A stretch of 26,862 nt of DNA from Neophaeotheca triangularis (Eukaryota): contig BAAIJX010000041.1 of assembly GCA_054600435.1 (NCBI GenBank), forward strand, positions 186,001-212,862, read 5' to 3'. Within the stretch, counting starts at the first letter, position 1, and each line of letters starts with the position of its first letter. The notes beneath the pieces were generated by a model that had not been told where the DNA came from, ran no database searches, and was given only the letters and a program-made list of their open reading frames with translations. Position numbers and translations under genes: made by a program. Positions 12,375-20,830 of the stretch are shown here, one piece after another.

Positions 12375-13000
12375 GTAGCGCCTCTAAAGGTACTTCGTTA
12401 ATGGCCATTTCTAGCGTCTTAGTAGTAGAAGGAAGACGTAGTAACGTGAAGAGTGATTAGCCTTAAGTAGCTTCGTCTATAGAGTTCTCTAGCATCTCGA
12501 CTATTATATGATTCGAGGCAACTTTCACGGTGTAGGCGCTTCGTTTATAGCTATCTCTAACGCCTCTAGAGGTACTTCGTTAGTCGCTATCTCTAGCACC
12601 TCTAGAGGTGCTTCGTTAATAGCTATTTCTAGCATCTTAGTAGTAGAAGGAAGACGTAGAAACGTAAAGAGTAGTTAGTCTTAAGTAGCCTCGTCTACGG
12701 AGTTCTCTAGCATCTCGACTATTATATGATTCGAGGCAACTCTTATAGTGTAGGCGCTTCGTTAGTCGCTATCTCTAGCGCCTCTAGAGGTGCTTCGTTA
12801 ATAGCTATTTCTAGCGTCTTAGTAGTAAAAGAAAGACGTAGAAACGTGAAGAGTAGTTAGCCTTAAGTAGCTTCGTCTATAGAGTTCTCTAGCATCTCGA
12901 CTGTTATATGATTCGAGGTAGCTTTTATAGTGTAGGCGTTTCGTTTATGGCTATCTCTAACGTCTCGATAGGTGCTTCGTTAATCGCTATCTCTAGCGTG
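12375..13000. repeat. Nested tandem repeat: 3 units of 218/182 bp built with 36-bp subunits
   Basis: The anchor gattcgagg occurs at 12510, 12728 and 12910. Units differ by one 36-bp subunit (gcctctagaggtgcttcgttaatagctatttctagc). Confidence 0.9.
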
Positions 13001-13014
13001 TAGCTATAGTTTGA

Positions 13015-13160
13015 ACCGAGTAATAGACGAGGGTAGACTCACGTTCCGACTCACGTTCTAACTCACGTTTCGACTTATGTTTCGACTTACGTTCCGACTC
13101 ACATTCCGACTTACGACTAGATTTAAGTGCTAACTTATATGCCGACTCATGTTCCGGCTA
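13015..13160 (+). repeat. 12-bp tandem array CCGACTCACGTT
   Basis: agactcacgtt ccgactcacgtt ctaactcacgtt tcgacttatgtt tcgacttacgtt ccgactcacatt ccgacttacg ... ccgactcatgtt ccggct. Confidence 0.9.
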
Positions 13161-13299
13161 TTATTAGGGCCTTCTTTCTCCTCGTGTAGGAGCCTAATAA
13201 TACGCCGTGATGACTAATAAGTGTTGTAGATCGTAGAGCATACATCGATATACGTTAGTCTATAAAGGGAGATAGTGATAAGCGCTAGTATACGACGGT

Positions 13300-13575
13300 A
13301 TGCGGTAGTCTACAGTAGTCTGCGATAATCTGTAATGTTCTAACTAGCGGTATAGACATGTACTAGTCTACGCGAATATGCGATAGTCTACGTATGAATA
13401 TTGTAGTCTATATCGCGGGCTTATATGCGATAGTCTACGCTAGTCTACACGAGTCTACGCTAGTTTACATGTATATACGGCGTTCTACATAGCGATGTAG
13501 TTAGTGAACGTCTTCGCTAGTAAGCGCGAAAATGCGCTCGTAAGCCTATCTACGCCTATAAGCGTGTCTACGACT
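13300..13575 (+). repeat. Subterminal ~10-bp repeats (TAGTCTACGC-like), about 10 dispersed or tandem copies
   Basis: tagtctacag tagtctgcga ... tagtctacgc ... tagtctacgt ... tagtctacgc tagtctacac gagtctacgc tagtttacat. Confidence 0.75.
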
Positions 13576-13602
13576 ATAAGCGACGCCTTAGTTTCATAGA
13601 CG

Positions 13603-14037
13603 TACTTAGACTTAGATTTTATAGGTAATCTAGCTATATCTAGATTAATATCTAGCTTAGCCATTTTTATAAATAGTATATCTATAATCTAGAGATCTTA
13701 GAGATAGAAGGAAGTTATCCTATTAAGCACTAAGGTAGAGTATGTTATATTAATAGAAATTATAAGGGAAATTAACTAGATGTAGAATCTTTTCCTTAAA
13801 CTTTAGCCTTTAATAGAATTCAGCTTAAAGACTATTAAGGTTTATATTAATAATAAGTTAGCTATCCTACTTATAGAAGACTATACTAACTTAAAGCGGT
13901 TAAAGCATATATCCCTTAGAAATTATTACTATAGGGAATAGCTTAAGAAGGGGGTTATTAATATTAAATACATTAATACTACTAAGTAGCTAGTAGATAG
14001 TCTAACTAAGCTAAAGTCCCCTAACTAGATAATTTAA
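13603..14037 (+). pseudogene. Copia pol RNase H domain relic
   Basis: Frame +1 reads YLDLDFIGN (YSDSDFAGD before RIP)...I*RS*R*KEVILLSTKVEY...NNKLAI...KRLKHISLRNYYYRE*LKKGVINIKYINTTK*LVDSLTK, matching the Copia pattern SSTEAEY / KHI.LR.H..RE / QLADGLTK. Confidence 0.9.
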
Positions 14038-14249
14038 GATTATCCTACTCTTAGAGAGTAATATATCCTTATAGGATATAGCATTTTCCCTTTATTTCTA
14101 AACTCTAGAAAACTATCCTAGGAGAAACCTACTACACTATGTAGTATTCCCTTTATACTAACTAAGAAACCTAAGAAACCCTAGAAAACACTAAAACCCT
14201 AGGAAACCATCTCCTAAGAAATAACACCCTTATAGGACACCTTTTTTTC

Positions 14250-15580
14250 CTTTATTTTACTTTTTCTAGCTATCCTTAGAACTACCCTAGCTATCCCTAG
14301 CACTACCCTAGCTATCCCTAGCACTACCCTAGCTACTATCCTTCTTACTATCCTTCCTTACTAAGAGGCTTAAAGACGATAAAGAACTACTAGAACTAGA
14401 GGAGCCTCCTATAGAAGTTAGGAAGCCCTAAAAGGTACTTTCTCTACTAGACCTAGCTCTTATAGTAGATAGGGTAGATCTAGGACCTATTCCCCTATTA
14501 AGGGTAGACCTACTACTATAGATATCTACCCTTTACCTTAAGGCCTAAGCAAATATAGTAGCCCTAGCTAGGGTACTCTAGTCGATACTATTAGGGATTA
14601 GCACTTTAGTATATCTACTAGTTATTAGAGGAGCTATAGTAGGGGAGCTAGCTATTAACCCTATCCTTCTTAGTAAAGATACTAGAGTTTCCTATAAAGA
14701 TTTTGTCTATAGGACTAGCTAATAGGCTATCTACATATTAGTAAAGAATTCCTATAGAAATTAGTTAGTAATACTTATAAGAGAAGTCATATTAGTTAAA
14801 ATAGTTACTATAACTATAATTTCTATAGGCACCCTTTATAAACTTTTTACCCTTATGTTCTAAGGTAATATAGTTCTTCTAAGGGCCGTTACCCTTCTTA
14901 TATCTACTATAAGCTATATCCCCTTTATGAATTTTACCTCCCTTAGTAGCTTAGATTATAGTAGTAGGGAGGTAATTAGTATTCTTAGTAGATTATAGGT
15001 TAAATTTCTTACTAGCTACCCTTATCTCTAGCTTATTCTTTAGGGCTAAGGACTTATTAGAAGTATAGAACTACTAAGCCTTAGTATTACGGAATTATAG
15101 CTATATTTACTTAACGTTATCTAGTTTAAGGTTAACTACGACTTAGCGGATTCTACGTAAAGTAGCTAAGTCTAGCTAGATATAGTTAAGGACTATTTAA
15201 AGATGTTAGCGAAATTCTTATAGCTAGCCTATAGTAACTTACTTAATGTAGCTAGCTAGTTTAAGTTATATATAGCATAAGTAGAGGGAGTACTAGTTAG
15301 TAGCTTCTTACTACTACTAGAGCTACCTATACTACCTATCGTGCTTTAGTTAACGGTAGCTATACTAAAGCTACTATTAGTACTAAAGGTACTAAAGCTA
15401 AAGTGTTATTAGTTTTACTAGCTAGTATTAGTAAAGAAGCTATTAGTATAAAGGTAAAGCTATTAGTATTAAGGCAACTAGTAAAGATAAGACTAGTTAT
15501 TAGTACTTAGTAAAGATAAGAGGAGCTAGTTATAGTAGTAGGAAAAGTTAGAGAACTATAGTAGGAGGAGTAGGCCTTTT
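14250..15580 (-). pseudogene. Antisense extra ORF relic in the Copia 3' region, with a Cys-rich DUF3716-like motif
   Basis: The minus frame at ~14960-14775 reads II*ATKGGKIHKGDIAYSRYKKGNGP*KNYITLEHKGKKFIKGAYRNYSYSNYFN*YDF. Reversing TpG>TpA gives C..CKKGNGPWKNC...GAC.NC........CDF. ORF limits are approximate. Confidence 0.55.
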
Positions 15581-15761
15581 TATAGTACTATATTCTTTTA
15601 GGAGCTTTCTAAAAGTAACAGTAAAACACCTTCTACCTATTACTAGTAGCTTCTACGTAATAACGTATAGTAGTATGTAGTAGCGGCAATCGCCGCAAAA
15701 CGTAGTATTTATACATTCACTACTGAAAAGAGTAGTTACGTACGCTTGATAGCAGGGAGAG

Positions 15762-15913
15762 TGTTATAATAAGCCGTACTACGCAGCACGTGACGGATGC
15801 CTAAGGCAGAAGCTGCAGAAGCCGCAACCTGTCTTTACAGGCTTTGCTGTAAAGCACCTAGTTTAGTCCTTAGTAATCAATTAATCGAGTTCGTGCCGCT
15901 GCATATCACAACA
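15762..15913 (+). repeat. 3' LTR (152 bp) of the Copia element
   Basis: Starts TGTTATAAT (RIPed TGTTGTGAT) directly after the purine tract and ends ATCACAACA, giving a 9-bp terminal inverted repeat after de-RIP. Candidate target-site duplication CTTAT at 15914-15918. Confidence 0.85.
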
Positions 15914-16711
15914 CTTATCTCACACTTTCTTCTCAAACCCTAAAGGCTCGGATCGTCATGAGCGCTATGGTGTGCCTCAAGAAGCCTGTCGCGCTGTACT
16001 ACCGCTACCGTCAAGATAGTTCCGACAGCACATGGTGAATAAAATCCCGATCCCGCGACAGATTTGCCACACATCACGAGCTTTCATTTCAACACGCCAG
16101 AGTCCACTCGAAAGTCTTCGACCTCTCCATCCCACTGAATGCGGGCAGCCGGCAAACGTCGACCCAACCTCACAATGGATGTTAACGGCAATCGCCCTGC
16201 CGCTAATTCTCCTGAACAGAGGTTGTGATCCCATGTGTCGTCTGGATATGCTACGTCACGGAGGGATGGTAGGTGCCAACCTTGGAAATTTAAAGCGGCC
16301 GAAATAAAAGAGGCGTAACGAGCTTTGAGTCGATAGGGTAGTTTCACTGGACTGCTGTCTGTAGATTGCTCCGCTGATGGCTTGAAATGCAAAGTGAAGA
16401 AGGTGAGCGAAGCCGGTACACATATGACTTGTCCGAATCCTAGCCGTCTTCTTATATTTTAATCGTTCGCACAGCTCGCGGCAGGCACTTGCAGACCACG
16501 TGGGCAAGCGGAAGTTAGATCAAGATGCGAGGGACAGGGTCACGTAATCTGGTCGCGAGGGGCCAGAGAAGGGACGGGAAAGTAAAAGTAGCAGTTGCGA
16601 CTATGCAACCCCTATTGAGTGGAAGCTAACCAAGACAACCCAGTCCATCAACAGCACCCAGGGAGTCGTAAGTCCAAACGACTATGCTGCTATCAACTCC
16701 TGCCAACTCCC

Positions 16712-18517
16712 CTACTTTTCAACAACAATCTGGACTTCATCCATCTTCTCCGCATCGATACGCTTATCATTAGCCGTAGCAATAACCTCTTGGTCACTCC
16801 CATCAAAGGCCTTTTCCCCGAAGGCCACCGCGATCTCCTCGAGCGTGAGATGAGCAGTCTCGACATAGTAGAAATACGCCAGACCGGCAGAGAAGAGGCA
16901 AAACCCGGCGATGACAACGTAGAAGTATCCGCCAATGGAATCGAATGCGTCAGGGGAGACCATGCCGATGATACTGTACGATTTGGTCAGCAAACACGCG
17001 ACGGGAGGGATGGGAAGCAAAAGAACTTGCAAGTTAAAGCACCAGTTTGAGGCCGTCGAGATCGCCTGCCCCTTACTACGGCCTCTGAGTGGGAAGATCT
17101 CTGCCGGTATTAGCCACGGCATCGGCCCCCAGGTAAAGCCGTAGACGATGTTGAACAGCATCACAAAAGCGTACTGGCCGTTAGCTTTGGTCGTCACATT
17201 CATGCCAGCTTCGTTGAAGACGCAGACAATCGAGAGCAGTAAGGCCATCAAGGCACCGCCGAGGATCAAGAGTGGACGGCGGCCCCAATGGTCTGCGAGC
17301 CACCAGGTCGCTACGGTCGCGGCTGTGTACGGGATTGCGTTGGCTCCGGTGTAGAGGAGGGACTTGCGGTTGTCGAACCCTGCGGCGGCGAGGGTGCTTG
17401 GCAGGTAGAAGGAGATGATGTTGATGCCGTTGAGCTGGGCAAACATTTGGACGGTTATACCCACGATTGTGCGTTTGCGGTAGCGGGTGAACATTTCCTG
17501 CGAATTACTGTCAGTGGTTCCATTGGCTCGGGGGGTCGAGAAAGTACTTACACCCCAGCTCGACGAACCAAGGCTGCGCTCGTAGCGAACGGCTTCTTGA
17601 ATTTCAAGGAACTGGCGTTGCACGTGCTCTGCCTCGATGTCTCCGTTGCTGTGCAAGTCCGCTACGGTCTGCAGACTCTCTTGCATAAAGCCCTGCTTGG
17701 CCAGCCACCTCGGTGTCTCTGGTAGATAAAACGACATGACGAGCAGGAGGAAGGATAGAATGATCTGGATGATAAAAGGGCCCTGCCAGCTCATAGCGGA
17801 CGGAAGCAGAAAGTTGAAGCCGTAGTCGACCCAGCAGGAGAGCATGTATCCGGCGATGAGGAAAGTGTACTCGATGCCGACCATCAGGCCACGGGCGTGC
17901 GGCGCGGCGATCTCAGTCTGGATGATCGGCACAGTCATGGACAGGAAGCCAACGCCCACACCTTGGATCGTACGGCCTGCGACGAAAGTGTTGAAGCCCG
18001 GCGCGAACATTTGCATGAAGGCTGTGAAGAAGTAGATGAAGCCCCCGATCCGGACGCAGCGTTTGCGACCGATCGTGTCGCCCAGGCGGCCGGCCACGAG
18101 GGCTCCTACTGCGGCGGACGCTTGTAGGCAGGCGACTGAGATGCCGGTGATGGTAGGATTGACACCGTCTGTGGAGCCGTTGGCGCCGCCGCACGCGGAG
18201 AAGAATCTGGAGACGAAGACTGGATTCACCAGTAGGCCAGACATGATACCTTGATGTTGAAGTAAGTCTTGCGCCCCTCAACAGCTGACCCCTTTTGCCG
18301 ACCTACCTGAGTTGTATCCGAAGAGAGCATCGCCGAGACTGCCGAAGCCGCAGGTGGCGAAGAGTAGTGCTTTTCCCTTGATCGGATAGCGAGCGCTGAT
18401 CTTCTTGGGCGTGAGATTGCGTTGGATCCATCCGCTGGGGGGAGGTGCCCGGTTGTCGTTGGAGTAAAGCACATGGGCGTTGCGCTCGGTGGCTACGGAA
18501 GCTCGTTTTGAGGCCAT
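16712..18517 (-). CDS. MFS sugar porter family transporter (4 exons)
   Basis: ATG at 18517. Introns: 18306-18250 (GT..AAG), 17551-17498 (GT..CAG), 17030-16974 (GC..CAG). Sugar-porter motifs LFGYNSG, GDTIGRK, EIAAPHARG, PETPRWL, QLNGIN, DHWGRRP, PAEIFPLRGRSKG and VETAHLTLEEI. Confidence 0.93.
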
Positions 18518-18714
18518 TGCGAAGATTGCAGTTGCTGACGGCTGATAAGTATGCTGGTGAGGGAATGTTCCTGGAGATGTGTGGAGATATTTCCTGGAGA
18601 CTCCATGGGGAATGCGGCCCGTATATATAATCATACCCGCTTCACGGTTCTGAGGCTGCTGCGGCAATTGAAGGCTCCGGGCTACTCCCATACTCACCGG
18701 TGGCATTAGCTATA

Positions 18715-18729
18715 CGGTTCCGGCGGAAC
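18715..18729 (-). promoter_or_regulatory. Candidate Zn2Cys6 binding site GTTCCGCCGGAACCG upstream of transporter 1
   Basis: The identical 15-mer occurs at 20436-20450. This copy lies ~200 bp upstream of the ATG and ~90 bp upstream of a TATA-like run at ~18622-18630. Confidence 0.6.
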
Positions 18730-18935
18730 GTAAAGTGGCCTTGGACAGCCACAGCCCGGTACGATGATTGCCGGTAAGAAACCTTGCGGGAGGTGTGCAA
18801 TGTTCTGCGGGCTAACCTCAAAACCACCGAGGCAATTTGGCTGCATTACTATCGACGCCTTGAGACACCAGCACACCCGTAGTCATGGAACAGATGCATG
18901 CAATCGATATCGTCTCCATTGGTACAGCGAACTAC

Positions 18936-20160
18936 CTAGTTCAATGCTCCGATTATGGCATCTTTGCTATCGACTCCGGGCCCATAGATCACAGACTTCA
19001 CGCCCGACCTGTCTGCCACATTTTGAAACGCAGCTTCAGCCTCTCCGAAGCCGTATTCATGGGTTACGTATCCTCCCAGGTCCACTCGCTTCGACTTGAT
19101 CAATTTCACGGCGATGTCGTAGTCGCCAGGACCGTAGCGAAAGCTACCCTTGAATGTCGCTTCTTTGTCGCAGATGGCGCCGACAGGGAACTGGACCTCT
19201 GCTTTCCCGAGACCTGCCTGCACAAAGATGCCACCGCGCTTCAATGCGTTCACGCCGCAGCTGATGCATGGCTCTGCTCCGGTAGCATCGATGATGATGT
19301 CGAATCCAAATGGCAACCCGGCTTTCTTGGTCAGGGCTGTAGCGTTCTGCGCAGCGCTGTCTCGAGTCATCTCATAGATGTATGAGGCTCCTTTTTCCTT
19401 CGCAAACTCCAGCCTACTGAGAACGACGTCCGAAACAGCGACTGTGTCAGCTCCAAAAGCGCTGGAGACGTTTGCGCAGAGTTGTCCAACCGGACCAGCA
19501 CCGAATATCGCCACAGACTTGCCATGCATACTCCCGGCAAGCCTACAAACATGCACTGCGATGCTGAGCGGCTCTATCAACGCAGCGTCTCTCAGCAAAA
19601 GCGCTTCCGGCAGTCTGAAGACGTTCTCTCGAGGAAGGCGGTAGTACTTGGCCAGCGTACCATCGTACGGCGGAGTAGCCGCGAAGCGCATTCCGGGGCA
19701 TAGGTTGTAAGCGCCACGACGGCATTCATCGCAGCTATTGCAGGCAATCCCAGGCTCCAAGGCAACGCGGTCGCCGACTTGGAGATCTGTGGCATCGGAG
19801 CCTCTGTCGACGACGATTCCAGCCGATTCGTGTCCGAGGACTATGGGCTTGTCAACAACGTATTGTCCGATCGCACCGTGAAGCCAGTAGTGGACCTGGA
19901 CGAGGACTATCAGCAAGCCATACGGGACCGTATCAAATGGAAGCTTCACTTGCATCCGACCCGCACAGTCCAGTCGCCACGATTTGGACTACAACGTCTC
20001 TCGGAGACTGCACAGCGGGCTTCTCTCGATCCTCGTAGCTGAACGTGCGTTCTGGGCTCAGCACAAACGAAGGGTTTATCCACTTGTCTCAATTAGCCAA
20101 CCATCAATACATTGAATCTCGTACTCAGCAACATACATCAGCAAACATGGACTTTGACAT
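18936..20160 (-). CDS. Zn-dependent NAD+ polyol dehydrogenase (MDR superfamily; xylitol/sorbitol dehydrogenase-like, 3 exons)
   Basis: ATG at 20160. Introns: 20136-20083 (GT..AAG) and 19953-19896 (GC..CAG). The spliced protein has NPSFVL, TGLCGSDVHYW, LGHESAG, structural-Zn CNSCDECRRGAYNLC, FAATPPYDGTL, GAGPVG, an Asp after the Rossmann beta-2 strand (SDVV) and GSFRYGPGDY. Confidence 0.93.
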
Positions 20161-20432
20161 GGCTGAAGTTCGACTCAAATGTTTCGAGCGAGGGTACCTG
20201 GCTTGATCAATTGAGCTTTACATGATGTCCCCGGTATATAACGTCTTGAAATGCTCTTTCTGCAGCTTTCCACGGCACGCCATCGCGCAGTGCTCCATTT
20301 GAGTCGCCGAGTCTGATCAAAATGGATCCAATTTTTGAGTGACTTTGCTCACAGTATTGTCATTTCCCGCAGGTTGCAACAACAACGGCTAGTTAGGTCA
20401 AACCGTAAAGGGCTGATCGTCAAAAAGCCACA

Positions 20433-20500
20433 CCGGTTCCGCCGGAACCGGCACACGCGCAGCTGCCCGAGTTGCAAACACCTCGACTCCGCCGGAACCG
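20433..20500. promoter_or_regulatory. Two copies of TCCGCCGGAACCG in the divergent dehydrogenase/transporter 2 promoter
   Basis: CCGGTTCCGCCGGAACCGG (near-palindrome, 20433-20451) and TCCGCCGGAACCG (20488-20500). CGG triplets are typical of Zn2Cys6 sites. Confidence 0.6.
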
Positions 20501-20830
20501 AGCACTATATTGTCTTTTGTCGGCAAACTTTGACAACCTTCCAGGAACCACTGGCCTTGTGGCAATCCCGTTTGATGTCCGCTATATCCACGGTCTGACC
20601 CACGATTTCCTGCTATGTGGAGCCCCAGGCCAACGTGCCACCCCAAGACGGAGCGATGATTGCAGTGCGGGCTCGGCATGGTAGATCGTTCAAGAGTTTT
20701 GAGAGTATTAAAGGATGGCACGCTGTTCTCGACACATTGCGAAACACCGACAGTAACCACTGGTCTCTTTTTGCTTCTGCTCAACGACTCGACCCTAGTA
20801 TACACCCATTTCCGTAAGCCAAGCTGCACC

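Larger units (their letters stand above)
1..13604 (+). mobile_element. Right part of a probable giant Plavaka (CACTA/EnSpm-related) DNA transposon carrying cargo genes; left end outside the window
   Basis: Contains a Plavaka transposase relic. The same CCGANTC 12-bp arrays recur from 1040 to 13160. Short subterminal repeats lie at 13300-13575, followed by an abrupt junction with Copia RNase H codons at ~13603. That the whole span is one element is an inference. Confidence 0.6.
1..15913. other. RIP-degenerated repeat block (AT/TpA-rich, CpA/TpG-depleted)
   Basis: TA, TAG and CTA are visibly in excess and CA/TG are scarce. Long reading frames are broken almost only by TAA/TAG where Gln/Trp are expected (e.g. 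transposase GD***SM*E for GDWWWSMQE). Composition returns to normal right after 15913. Confidence 0.95.
13603..15913 (+). mobile_element. 3' portion of a RIPed Ty1/Copia LTR retrotransposon
   Basis: Copia RNase H relic, then 1.7 kb of extra sequence, a purine-rich tract agcagggagag (15751-15761) and a TG...CA LTR. Confidence 0.85.

Noticed and set aside
1040..13160. CRISPR-like interpretation of the short repeat arrays
   Set aside because: Eukaryotic context; repeats are head-to-tail 12-mers without unique spacers, and no cas genes are present.
13502..13506. TAGTG as a literal CACTA right terminus
   Set aside because: Element-like repeats continue ~100 bp further and the switch to Copia codons is at ~13603; a 5-mer is expected by chance in RIPed DNA.
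1..13604. Starship element
   Set aside because: No tyrosine-recombinase captain or typical Starship accessory gene is recognisable in the window; the only mobility gene seen is a Plavaka transposase. A larger enclosing element cannot be excluded.
15977..16507. Several overlapping 83-102-aa ORFs between the LTR and transporter 1
   Set aside because: No recognisable domain, signal peptide or consistent splice structure.
18571..18600. Three SYGGRG (CreA-like) hexamers upstream of transporter 1
   Set aside because: Short degenerate motif lying between the TATA-like box and the ATG; not distinguishable from chance without conservation data.
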